Part shown: in pieces, positions 13,657 through 27,075 of the stretch
Layout of the letters: each line of letters starts with the position of its first letter
Position numbering within the stretch: position 1 is the first letter of the stretch
Assembly: GCA_964057225.1 (NCBI GenBank)
Contig: OZ059897.1
Location: forward strand, 15,252,001 to 15,316,000
From: Auanema rhodensis
Lineage: Eukaryota > Animalia > Nematoda
Length of the DNA stretch: 64,000 bases
Direction: 5' to 3'
Notes under the pieces: model-generated
The model's database searches: none
Told to the model about the DNA's origin: nothing
What the model saw: the letters and a program-made list of their open reading frames with translations, nothing else
Position numbers and translations under genes: made by a program

Positions 13657-16293
13657 ATGAGTATAGGCCAACAGGATTATTTTTTTTTAGCTGCGACATT
13701 ACTAACTTCGGTATGCTAAGTTATAAAAGTTTTTATAAAATTTCATAACTATTTTATCTTTAAAAAAAAGATTTGAAAATAATAGGTTTATTCTTTAACT
13801 TTTTATTAAATAGAAGTTCTTTATGTGAGCAACATTTTGAAGCCTGATGTTTGGTTTTTAAAGAAACTCATTCATTAATTGAAGCAGTCAAACAATTTAT
13901 GACTTTTTTTTGATAAGCTTATACATTACACGTGTACAAAATACTAATAAATGAAAGTATAAATTATTAAATTAATGTTTAATATATCTAATAACAAAGA
14001 AAATCTAAAAATTTCTTTTTTTTTTAATGTAAAATATTCAATTCCTGCTAGAATACAGTACACTATAAGTTATATTTTTCTTATCATTAAAGATATACAT
14101 AGATACAGTTTCGTTTTTGTCTAGACAGAAAATACAAAATTTGGTCTTCATATCGTACGGTAGTTCAGAAATTTTTAAAATATACAAAGAATTGATAATA
14201 AATACAAAATAGAAAAACAAAATCAAGTCGTTTTAATTATTTTTTCTTACAGTTAGTTGGAGTTGGACTGATGATCGGAGGTTTTTTCCTTCGATTCGGT
14301 CGTGGTTTTGGTGATTTTGTGGTATATGCTAGAAATGTAAGAAACGAATAGAGAAAAAATATCAAAAACATTCTCTCATTTAGGACAATGATTTCCTTGA
14401 ACTTGAACGTCTTGATATGATTTTTGGTCTTTTCACTGCAGCTGCAGGAATTCTCACCCTCTCCTTTTTCTTGGCACTCTTGGCTACATACAAAAAAAAT
14501 AAATTTTTGTTAAAATCAGTCAGTTTAATTTTTTTTTACTTTAATTTTGAAATAATAAATAAAGATATAGTAGTAATGATCTGGCCGAAAACCTTGTTTT
14601 CAAAGCTAATTTTCGAAGGAAAAAAACAAAGATTACACTGAAATTTAGCATTATCAATTGCATTTAGAGTATCAAAAATATAGGAAATATATTAATTGCC
14701 CCCTTTCGCCTTACCTCTCTCAAAGTAGAAGAGGACAAAAAACATTTTTCATATTCAATGAGAACTATCCCGCAACTGTCCTCATATCATACGGGGACTT
14801 GTTTGATCATTTCAAGGAACAATCGAAACAATGTCATCTGTCATGAAATTTTATTTATATATTCCATCATTTCTACAAATTTGTATAAAACTATATTGAG
14901 AGAAACAAGATGCACTGATAACTTTCTAAATTTAGACACATATGTTAAGAGTGTAGGATTAAAAATAATTTTACAGTATTGTGCCCTGATTGCCTTGATG
15001 ATTATAGTCCAACTTGTTGATGGATTATTAGCATTTCAATATTCTGATTCCATCAAACAATTGGCTGATGATGACGCTTTGAACGAATCCCTCCAAAAGA
15101 TGGTTCAAAGGTTTGTTAAAATTCAGTTTAACGTTCGTGTCCCGGAGGGGGTTCCTCCGACACTCTTTCATTTGTGCACTTTTTTTCTATGTCTATCAAC
15201 TAAAAATTGTTAAATGCGGAGCGAAAAGCTAAGCCGATTAAAAAGGTGAAGAGGAGAGTATGACCTGATGTGTCAAAGCAATTTGCAAGTTATATTGACT
15301 TTTTTTTTGAACGCTTTATTTCAGAATCTCAAACAATCAGCCAGGAAATGATATGGAAACTCAATTCTGGCAGCATACCCAGAAAGTGGTAGGTAAAACA
15401 GCGCATTTTGATTAAAAAACTTGAAAGCGCAAGAAAATGAAACTTAATACATTCAAGGTTCCCAGATTAGATTTCAGCCAAGCATGTTTAATTATAATTA
15501 AATTAACGTTGACAGTTTAATTATTTTCCTTTTTTAGCACACTTCCTATAATTAAAAAAAGTTTTCAAAAAATAAATAACGCATATTAGTTAATATGTTT
15601 TAAACTGTTTTCGTGTCCTTGTTCGGAGCAGATATTAAATTAGTACATGAAACACAACCACTCGTGATGCGTGATACACAAGAAATAAAGTACGTGTGAA
15701 ACGAACGTTCTCGGTCTTTATCAAGTCAAAGTTTGTGGGTTATGTGAAATTTATTATTTTTAATGAGACGTATCTGCTCCCATATGGAAATAATTAATGA
15801 TCACATGATTAGAACCTATTTACTAATTATACATCAGTCTATCAGATTGTATTACAGTTCAGTTGTTGTGGAGTAAATGGGTATGAAGACTATGGGCCAT
15901 TAAAAACTAACACCAACGTTCTTATTAGTGTGAACTGTATCGCTCCAAATTACCAGCAGGTTTTCTTAAAAATATTCTGATATCCTCTTTACTTCCTGCA
16001 TATAGGGCTGTGAAAAGCAGATCCGTTCACGAATTTCTCAAGATTCGCAATATCTTGGAGTTAGTTCGATGGCTGTTCTAGTAGTCGAGGCAAGTTTTGT
16101 TTCTTTTCAGTCTTATTTATGACTATTACGGTTAATTGATCGTAATAGATGAGCAGAAACAATATTTAATTAGTCACAACAGGAGCTGTCATCGTTCCAC
16201 TAGATCATATCAACTCTTCATCTTTCTCTATTTTAGATCGTAGCCAGTTTCATGGCGGGATATCGTGCATACCACTTATCCTACGAAGATTGA
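13657..16293 (+). CDS. Tetraspanin (4 TM, CCG motif), 8 exons
   Basis: Spliced TM1-3, large loop with FWQHTQKV|FSCCGVNGYEDY..C..GC, TM4, ending YHLSYED*; last intron needs a GC donor. Confidence 0.9.
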
Positions 16294-16913
16294 GACCAGT
16301 AGAAGGACATATCGAATGCAATAGACACTGAGGTCTTCATATGCGTAGCTTCCGTGTTTCAAAATCCTTATATCGAAATCAACTTCGCTAAGTTTCAACA
16401 TATTTTCATGTGATATAATATTAGATAGAACAGTAATTATTATGTACAGAGATAGATTTATTGATAATCAATCACAATGAAAGTACTCAAGATACGCCCT
16501 TAGGTTATTATAGACCAGCATGATATATCAACACAGAAGAGCAAATTTACCCAATAGTGATATCGATGTACTAAAAAAAAAGAGCGAGATGATGAGATAT
16601 TCCCGAAAAGTTCTATGCTTTCAATTTTTGCTAACGCATGCGTATATCAATATAATCTTATATACAGACTTGATACAAAGACTAAAATTTACAAATGCTT
16701 AAAACAATAGCACACAACCCGTAATATTGTGTAAATATATCGCTGAGCAACAAAAATCTGGTTAGTTTACCGCACAGTGAAAACGCGGCAAGTTACTCTA
16801 ACGAGAGTAAATAAAACAATTTGATTTGGAAAAATGTCATACCCGAGGAAAAACCGGAAAACAAGCAAGCACAACAACATAATAGTAAGAGAGAAATGAG
16901 ACAAGAAGCCCAA

Positions 16914-19900
16914 CTAGGCTACAGCCTGCACATAGTTCACTAAAACGGATGATGCGTCTTCGGAGCCCACGATGTCAGCTCCTCGAAGCCAAGCTGCCTC
17001 AATTTGAGAGGCTAAATCTCGGACAAAGGGATGTGCAGTCTCACTGCGGCTCAGGTTCATACAATACACAGGAACGTCAGATTGTTGCAGCATCGATAGA
17101 TACCTGCAGATTTAGAAACAATTAAATTCAATCACTTTCGTTAAAAGAAAACGAAGAAAGCTACCTACCCCATAGATGCAGCATTTTTTTCTTTATGAGC
17201 CAAAACATGATTAATGCCCCATAAACACCACATTTGAGCCCCACTATAGTTTGTCTCGGACAATATTCTTACAAAAGGCAAGAAGGACCTAAATTTCCGA
17301 AAAAATGTTTAAATGATTTAAGAGAAAATGAAATTACCTGTAGGAGACCATGGCATTTTGAAGATCAGGCCATGACATTATTATAGAAGTTAGTAACGAA
17401 TCAACCATTTCCTTGAAAAGAATTACAATAAGCTAATATAATTGTGAAAAACCTTGGTAATTTTATTATTATTCCATGTGGTACACACAAGAATGTTAGA
17501 TAAAACCCCAGCGGCAAAATAGCTTCGTTCTACACTTCTATTTCTTCCATTTTCATCCCTGTCTGTGAAGTTTCCTTCCAAACAGTCACTGTAATCGAAA
17601 TTTGAAAGTAGGGTCACATGGAGTATTCAAACAGTCAATTCGTCTGTTCTAAATTGTACTCACCACAACGTCTGAAGCCATCGCTCGTTCTCGATTATCT
17701 CCTTTTGAAGGCATGGAACCTCGGCCACATTGTTCTAGAATTGCATTAACTTTTGTTTTGGTGAAAACAATTAGAACAAACCAAGATTCCTAAGACTTTA
17801 GTTTGAATGTTAAAGTGATTCTTAAAAATATTCAAAATTTCAAAACATATTAAAACTCCTCCGGCATCGAAGAAAACCTCACAAGTGGTGGATGATTCAT
17901 CTTAAAAAAAAAACAAATTTAATGTTAAAAACAAATCATATAAGTCAAATATAAAAGTGTAAAAAGACTTACCAGTTAAATTCCAAAGTGCACTTAGAGT
18001 AAATTTAAGAGTAAATATCGAATTTTCAGCATGAGGTCCAGGAGTATTAAGTAATGTCCCTGAAAATAATAAAATATAAGAAGCGAATAGCTTAAAACGA
18101 GTCTGAATTTGAAAATTTCTCAAGCCTAAATATTTGAATTGTCATGGCATTAATTACTAATTATCCCCCTTGGATATAGGCCGGAAAAATCACCAATTTC
18201 CTTCACGTTAGAACTTCCCGCCCAGAGAATTATTCGAAAGCTCAAGGAAAACAAAAGATCATCCATATATGAATTAGAGTGAAACTAGCCAGACTATTCA
18301 AAAGAGAATTTCCGTAAAACGCACTTAGATTATCATTCAGCAGCTGAACTAGATGTCGTACATATCGCTCATCGCCGACCAATTCCTTAGCCTCAGGCGG
18401 TCGCATCTTTGGTGTTACGATCGAAACGATAGCAATAGTCATTCTGAAATCATTGAGCTCTCAGCTAAGTTTATTCAATTAACTGACCTTGCAACCGAAG
18501 CATCCCGACTAGATAGCATGCTTTCAAGTGCAACTTTACAAGTCCGATAGAAATCGACTCCGGGCAATTGAAGAAGATAATCGTTACAGATGGTCAACCA
18601 TACGTTCTTTTGAAGCTGAAATACAACAATGATGTGAACCTTTAAGATTGATGAAAAGCACCTGAACCATTTGACGATATGTTTCGGCAGCATCCAAACA
18701 ACGCTCCATACACTCTTGTACCTCAGAAATCGAGAGTCTTCGTATACGTTTCATTCTTAGAGGCAAACAGTATAAAAATCAAGATTATAGATTATATCTC
18801 ACTTGCACAGGTGATAGAGACAAGCACTTCCGGCCATTTGAACACCGATGTTACCTAAGTGTCTCTTCATTGCTTTGCAAACTATACGAGCACACTCTTT
18901 CACCTACAAACAAAATAATTTCAAAAAAATATCAAATAACTACAACTTACTTCCAAATCGTTAAAATCGTCATACGAACTTTGTAAGCAATAATAAACAG
19001 CATGCAAAGCATGCGAAGTAAAAACATCTCTGAAAACAATAGTACAATGGAAATCATAAACAAATAAAGTTAAAAAGAATAATCTAGATATAAATTACCT
19101 ATCTGTGTCCCAGTACTGCATCAAAGCTTGCATTGCATTCTGCCGATTGGCGCAATTCACAACCATAACTTCTCTAGTGACGGGACTGACATACGAGTGA
19201 CCATCGAGGGGAGTAGCTAAAAAAGTTTTTAAAAGAATAAGAAAAGTTCATAATGATTTATATGAAAGCTTCCCATCAAGGTCACTACATAGAATTGTTC
19301 TTAATTGCCTGACATCATTAGAAATAGCTTTCTAGTTGTCCTTTTGCAACAGTTCAAAAAAGGTAAAAGAAACGTACCCATAACAGAAACTCGTTGTAAT
19401 AAGGGACAGCGTGAAATAATGGTATCTACCATCTCAATGGCCTGATCTATCCCCAAACCAGCTAGTGGATTTCCTGAGATATCAATGGATCGAAGCTCAG
19501 GCCAAGGGCATTCCTTATTATCGTTGAGAATATCCACTACAGCGAGAGCCAAATCAGTATGAGATTCTTGAGATCTGTAAATAAACATAGTCGATATCAT
19601 AACAACTTGCGTACGTGCTAGGTAGGCAACATACGAAACAGATGTCCATTCCAAAACATACCCATCTCCTGCAAAATCTGTTACTCTCTTTGAAATATCC
19701 AAAACTCTAAGAGCACGTAAAGTGGCCAAAGATCTGTGAACACATCCAGTCCGAACTTTCACATTGTGCATAATCAGAACTTCCAATTTACTGAAAGAAT
19801 GATTTATAATTGGGAATAGTTTATAAACATTATGAAAACTGGCTGTATACGTGGGGTCTCTCCTTTTTTGATTTGGTCACGCTACTATTTCTACTCTATT

Positions 19901-21436
19901 TTACCACTTTTGTTCCCGTATTGATGCTCAATGTTAGAAAGTTATTAATTGAATGGATTGTGGAAAGGACACAGCGAAATAGAGAAAGATAAAAGACAAC
20001 AGGGTTATAGATAGGTAGAGTTAGAGAAATAGGCCCTTTCTCTCCTAGGCAGTACGTCTTCCGATGTAATCAACACCAGGGTTCCCTCCGGATTCCCTTT
20101 TACATGTCCAGCAGGTTCCCTTACTTGAAATGATGAAGAATCAGTACTATCACTGCCAACGGGACATGCCAGTTCTTATCAAAAAGAATAAGTGAAATAC
20201 GAGTATGAAAGAAATGTGAGAGAGAAGCTTTTCGAAGAGGTAATGACGTACAAAGACAACCACGGGTACACAAAGAGGGTGATTTCAAGTGAATAGATGA
20301 AAAGGGAAAAGAAGCAGACGAAATTAGAAATCAAGTAAAGATCGAGAGGTAGAAGAACAAAATGAAGTTAGCAAGACACAATAGACAAAAAGAGTCGTAA
20401 GCATTAAAACACCAGGTGATCATAAAAAGGAAATATAACTTACGGAAAGCACCTAAGCCACGTGATGTCAGAAACCATTGTGCCTGTGATATCGATCATA
20501 GTGAGGTTCGGTACAAACGAAGACATATATGAAAGCCATCGTTGACAGATTGGTCGATTCGTGAGGATTAGGCTCTCGAGAGCGGGGAAATTTCGAAGCT
20601 GAAGAATAAAAAAAATTTTGCAAAATGGAAAATAAAAAATACGAAAATAACCAAAGAACTTACAACAAAAGCACATGTGATGCCTCCTACACCTCCAATA
20701 TTCAGGTATCGTAATTTGTTATAGGTTTCCACGTGAAAATTTTTAGCGAATTCCATCAAATTTAAGACCCATTCATGTTCTAAAAAGAGAAAATCAGTAA
20801 CAACTAAAACAACAGACCTGGGATACTTTGTGACTTTTGATGTGAGACATTGACGACTTCTAATTTATTGTAATTACTCATCATTGATAGTGCTGAAGGT
20901 GTGAAGTACTTACTCCTTGAGATGTCGAACTAAAAAATATTTCAATAGTCCATCGAACTTTTTAAAAATTATTTCGGGGAAATGAGATAGTAAATCGTAG
21001 TATCAAATACAGACATAGAAAAGTAAAGTTCATGTATCTGACAAAACAGTACACCATCATCTGGTTGGATCAAGTCTCAGGTAAACTTTCAGATAAAAAC
21101 ACGTTCATGCAATCATGAAAAGAACTGAATAACTTACCCTACTGATTTGGAGATTTGTTTTTGTGAAACACTCGAAAGTGTTTTCATCTAGCTTTCCCAA
21201 ATCGCGAAGTGCTGCGAAAATGGCGTCTCCGATCTGAGTGGGAAGAGGACAATCAATAGGCGGAACACGGCCTGGAAATTTAACCAATCACGTAAAAATC
21301 AAGAAAAAATAAGAGAAATGGCAGTCAAACAGCAGAAAAACGCAAAAGATTTAGTATATGACTTACCATCTCCTATTATATTAGCGAAATGTACTGAACA
21401 GAGTTGATGTAGTGTCGGTACTATCGCGTCTGCCAT
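16914..21436 (-). CDS. zyg-11: ZYG-11, CUL-2 E3 substrate receptor (BC/VHL box, LRRs, ARM repeats)
   Basis: N-terminal [10 protein letters not shown]-box; LRR exons; [16 protein letters not shown] and [15 protein letters not shown] (ZYG11 type, not ZER1 type); [10 protein letters not shown]; MVSYRSF. Confidence 0.92.
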
Positions 21437-22129
21437 CCAATGTTCTCTGAAAAGATGTCGTCAGTCAATCAAGAAGCGAAGTCACTGGCGAGAAAGGTAA
21501 GAATATGATGATGAACAGAAAGAGAAAGAAAAGGCGGTGACTAGCAGGCAGCGAACCCTACGATCAGGACATCAATAAGGCAATTCCAAAGATCAAAGGT
21601 AAAGAAAAGCAGAGTGAATTGGAATAAGATGATGGAATATGATGGCGCCAATTATCGTAGAAGATATTCATCATCTGCCAAACCTGTAGAGCTCAACTGG
21701 CTGGCTGAACTTGCGCGATGGCAGGAAACCATCAGCAACCTGGAGTTTAAGTGGGCTTGCACACAGTAAAGAATCATATAGTAAGTGAAGAAGACACTAG
21801 ACAAATAACTTTTCCAATCCCATCAGCGAAACTCTGCCTACGAGGTGATGGTGCTGCCCCCTCCCCTTAACTAACACCAATCATTGACACACTACAGCTA
21901 TCATGTGATCCGCGTGTGTTCGTTTGGATTCTAAACACTATAATCAGCACCAGGGGCAACAGTGATGCTGATGATGAAGGGTGAGAAGATGACGATAATG
22001 AAGACAACGACGACATCATTCATGAATACAACGAAAACGATAACGAAGAAAAAGAAGAAGAAGAAGCAGTAGCAGCAGAAGCAGCAACAACTCAAACAGA
22101 GAAAAGAGAGAAAAGAAGAAACGGAGCGC

Positions 22130-22250
22130 TGTTGTTGGGCCGCAGGGCGCGGCGCGGAGGCGATGACGCATTCAAAAAAACGACAAATGTCACGCAACAA
22201 CGGAACGCGCCCGCGCCGGGGGAGCTACTGGCGCCAAATGCGGGAATGAA
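22130..22250 (-). promoter_or_regulatory. GC/CpG-rich island, probable zyg-11 promoter
   Basis: GCGCGGCGCGG, CGCGCCCGCGCCGG and TGGCGCCAAA (E2F-like) in an AT-rich background, about 700 nt upstream of the ATG. Confidence 0.5.
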
Positions 22251-25200
22251 CTCAGCTCTCATTAGGTTAAGTTCACCCTATTGCTTGCAACGTGCATAGT
22301 CTAGACTGGTAATTCTTCATCGCGAGCGTATCTGCGGTTTTCCTTTCAAAAAACCGACAAATGAAAAGTAAAATTTTATCTGATGTGCTAGACGGGAATA
22401 CCTCTTGTTCGTATTTTCTAGAAAAACAGCAGTTCTTAGCTGTTGAGTTGATAGAACATATGAAAGGGGAGAAAACACGACAGTTGCTATTTTTTTCTTT
22501 TTTCTCTCTCATTGAAGTCGCTTACGTGAAAATTAAGCATTTGCTTTCCGCAAACGAGAATCTCTTTTTCATGACGTCAGTCATTGAGGACGGTTGTATC
22601 TTATTCACCCTTGCTCATTTTCCTTACCCTCTATCTCAACTGTTCGTTTATTCAACAAAAAATTGTTTTCGAGACATTAGTGCTGGAATTCGAATCATTT
22701 TTATTATTTTATTGAATTTTTAAAACGCGAACTACTCTATTGCATGCATATATGACAGCAATGGGAAGGAAAAATTGCAATATATATAAAGGCAGTATTG
22801 CGGCATTGACTGATATACAAGAAGTAATTCAATAAAATCGGATAGCATATTGTTAATCATAGTAATCATGCATATATACGCCGAATGTAAAGCTCTACTG
22901 GTGTAATTCTCTATAAATTAAAAAAGCTTGAAATTTACACTTTTCACTTCTAGAATTTTCCTTTGATTGCGCAAATAATCAAACACTTGCACTATAAATA
23001 GCTATGTCTAATGGTGTGAACATTTGCGAGGTAAACGGATAAAAGACTGTCGAGACCACATGTTACAAAATCCAAAAAAAAAACGTTTAAAAATAATGGT
23101 GAACTACGAAAGGATAGAAAATGAGAAATGAAGTTTAATTTTTAACTATAAATGTCATGCGGACTCTAGATCAAAAATTAGAAAACTGCTTTAAAATATT
23201 TCAAATATTTTCTATATTTATCAATAGTATGCAACAGACTTAAACAAGTAGGGAAAGATGAAATACTATACACAATTCAAGATAAGAAAAAATAAAAAGT
23301 ACTATTCTATCTAAATTAGAAAAAATCAATAACACATGAGATAATTTCGGGTTTTTTGTGACTGATAATCATGCTGGAGATTATAAGTCTTTTTAAGAAG
23401 CAATCTTCGATCATTGGATAGAGATAATATCACAAAAAGTGGAAAGCGAAAAATTAAAAGTTGTGGAAAATGTTTTAGGATTGGACTTATAGGATGATGT
23501 TTAAAAAATAATCAGAAATACTATTTTCATCAGAAGTATATCAGAATAAAAAAGGAAAGGAAACAGAATAATTTTTGCCCATTCACTAGAGGAATTGAGA
23601 ACTTTCAATTTTAATTCAAATCAGGGACCGCTAGCTAGCTGGCTGATACGTCGTGCGTGATAGACGACGGCGTGGGAATTCGAGACAGGGGCGGAGACAG
23701 CTGATACAAACTTAGACTGCGCAGACGGCATCCCGTCTCCGTAGAGCTGTGTATGAATTAAAATAGACCATTACGGAACCAGAGATAGATCAATTCCCGA
23801 AGAAACAATATAAGCTAAAAAGTGGCAGCTACCGCTAATGCTGGCCAAACTGTTGGGCATAAAGGGAACATTGTCATCGTCATCATCGTCATCGATGTCG
23901 TCGACATCTAAGCGGTGTAGAGAGAGCTTGGGCGTCACAAGGCCGACCACGATTCCCGGACCAGTTTGCATACTGCTGCGCTACCACTACCCATCACGCA
24001 AACAACTATAGATAGATTGGTCATGATGTGAAATAGGAACAATGAAAAAAGACAGACACACATATATGGTGGAAGAGAAAGAAGCTGTCTTGATCATCGT
24101 CGTCATTAGAGCTGAGTGCGTCTGCCATTCATGGTTAGTCGAGAAAGAGAAACATAAAATCTATTCGTAAGACAATCAAACGACAAGACGTGTTGCTTCC
24201 TTTATTCTAACATGGTCACTGTTCTTTTACTTCCTTCACTGTGGTGAGAGTTCATAATAGCTTCTCTGACCCCAAAGGAAGAATGATGAAAGAAATTCTT
24301 GATAGAATGATTGATAATTTTAGCGAAAGAAAGAGAAGCATAAAGAAGTACAGGTCAAAAAGTTTGAAGTCAGAGTTTCGCATAAACTCCATCAATGAAA
24401 ATTGGCACTGGAGCACCAAGTAAATAAAGAGCTAGCTTTCTTTACTTTATTATTACTATACAAGTTTAATAAATAAAAACAAAAATGCTGAGAGGCAAAA
24501 AGAAGCGAATTGTGAATAACCAATGAATCAATTCTGAAAATTTGCAATAAATACAGAGGGGAAATGAATATAAAGAACATGGAGAGTTGAAAAAAACTTC
24601 ATGTGTGTTTGTGGGGTGTATGCCCCAGGGCAAAACACTCGGCACAAAACACGCGCGTGGAGAGAAAGAGAGTAAGCAAGAGAGCGAGAGTTTTCTAAAA
24701 ATATTTATGCAACTATGCAAAAGAAAACAACAGTCTCTTTGAGAAAAAAGAGAGAAAAGCAACAAGCTAGTGAGAGAAGCTGTTGCTGTTTTCCGGACAA
24801 TCCGGCTTGCTAAAGACGACAATGACGATGTTGATAATGTTGGTGCTGATTATTCTGTTGTGAAAAAAAGATGTAGCTGATTAATAGAGAAAGAAGTGAA
24901 GGTAACAACGGTGACGACAAAACGGCGAGCAAAAAAGAAAGCAGAACGATAAGCATGAGTGAGAAAACCCCGAGTTGATCCGAAAATGGTTCGACAAAAA
25001 CGAACAAAAAGCGAGACATACACAAATCAAAGCGAGGGAAGTCAAGCGCATCATGAGTTTTAAGCGGCAAAACGATGATTGAGCTCCACACTGAATGCGA
25101 AAGAATGTGAGTGGAGGTGGTGGAACAGCTGAGCTCATTGATCGGGAGCTGAGAACCGAGACAAGCGAAAGAGAGTTAGAGAATGAGGAGATTCGTTATT

Positions 25201-27075
25201 AAGTGAGTGAAAGGAAAATAGGTGGAGGGAAAGAGAAACCAAGAGAATAAAAATAATAAAGTAGTGATAGAGAAAGAGAAAGAAAATACAAAGAAAAAGA
25301 AGAAGAGAGAGAGGAAGAGAGAGGAAGAGGGAGAAAGGGAGAAGAGAAAAGAATGAATCAAGAGAGAGTACAGAGTAGAAGAAACAAACTGACATATTTT
25401 CATTAGTTCACACAATAAAAAGACAACGAGCAACACCATACCTTTACCAGTTGAACGCATAGCTCATTAAGTTCAAAGACGAATTAAACTGGTGATTAAA
25501 GTATTTTCGAAAGCTTTATAAGTAAGTGCATCTGATCACTTTATCATATCACAGTAAAATATAGACCTCGTGTTGAACCGAAGAAAACAATGAAAAAGCA
25601 GAAAAAGTTATAATATAGATAAAAAAAGAATTTGATGGATAGTGCCATATCAAATGTCGGGACTAGTCTTATGATTTGAGTTTGAAGGTTTGAACTCTCC
25701 AAGTTGCATATGTTTGGTTAGCACTTTATTCCTACTAATTCAAAAATATCTGCACGGTTTGAACTCATACTGAAAATGGGGGAAACTGACACGGAGAGTG
25801 AAGAAAAAGAATCGAAGAAAACGAGAGAAGAAACTAAGAGAAAGAGACAAATGGTGACATGAACAAGTGAACGAAAATTCAACTCCTTATCAATAGTATA
25901 AAGAGAACATTCTAGTCATCTCTATATCTGAAGACACTTTACTTAAGTTGTTGAATATCACGTTACACTCCTTGTAAAGTTCAAAGTGAAAAACAGTTTT
26001 TATGAAAATTCGTAATTTTGAACGGTGAAAAACAACAATGAATACTCTGGACATGGATACATTCAATCAGAGACGAAAGAACAGTGATCATTCTACACAA
26101 AAGAGAGAGTGGAGTAAAGAAAAAGAGTAGAACACGGGACAACCGCTGACAGAGGATTCCCATAGGGTCACCCCAGTATAAGCACTGACTCCTGAAAAGG
26201 ATTCCCCGCCCTATAAGTTTTGTCAATCAATAGATAAAGAGCACTGTTTAAACATTAATACTGTCGGTCATGAAATGAAGAACACAAAAATGCGGTGTCT
26301 CTTCCTCTGTCCTACTATCTATCACACCTCTTTTCTTTATTTCTCTTGATGGGGGCGACCTTCGTCTGCTGCGGCTGAGATGGTTAGAGAGCCAGCCGTG
26401 AGACGTACTGTCATGATGACGACAAACGATGAAGTAAAAGAACACGGTAAAAGATAATGTTAGAAGTAATAGTTGATGCAATACCAAAAGGATTCACTAT
26501 TCCTAATAGCGGTTTAGGAAGTAATATCTTAAAAATAACAGAACAAATACATAAGCGAACTTTTACTTAAAAACAATTTAAGCATTATACAAATTTAAGT
26601 TGAAATTTGAGGAAATAAAGAGTTAAAAATAAAATAGATATGTATATACATAGATAGATATGTATAAAATAAATGTCGCTTCATTAAAAATGGCAGAAAC
26701 AATAGAAACTAGTCCTGATCGCGACTAGAGATTTCAACAAGAAGCTGTGTCGCGATAATATCTCGAAACATGCAGCATAACACGTTGGGAAATCAACTAA
26801 AAACTAGCAATAACGGAATATGAATATAACATGAACACATGAGAATTTAACACGTTTTTGAACAACAAATGTACAGAAATGACAATGTGTCTGAAACATA
26901 CAACTTAGTTATATTTTGTCCAGAACTGATAAGATTTTTGAACAAATATACAATGAAAAAATGTACAATATTTACAAATTTGTTTTTGTTTCCAGCTTTT
27001 AGCTGATAAGTGGTGGATATGAAAGTGATTGTGCTTGTGATTGTACATATAAATGAGTGTGACGTAGTTATTCTC

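Noticed and set aside
15137-15163. GC hairpin in a tetraspanin intron as a Helitron 3' end
   Set aside because: No adjacent CTRR terminus and no second copy in the window
20137-20158. miR-34-like sequence TGGCAGTGATAGTACTGATTC on the minus strand
   Set aside because: Seed matches, but the surrounding fold has large internal loops unlike a pre-miRNA
23771-23971. Poly-Asp ORF
   Set aside because: Arises from a GAT/GAC trinucleotide run; no supporting exons
24466-25460. Several hydrophobic minus-strand ORFs
   Set aside because: Produced by purine/pyrimidine skew; no splice structure or motif
25687-25767. GGTTTGAACTC twice, resembling a tRNA B-box
   Set aside because: No A-box or cloverleaf
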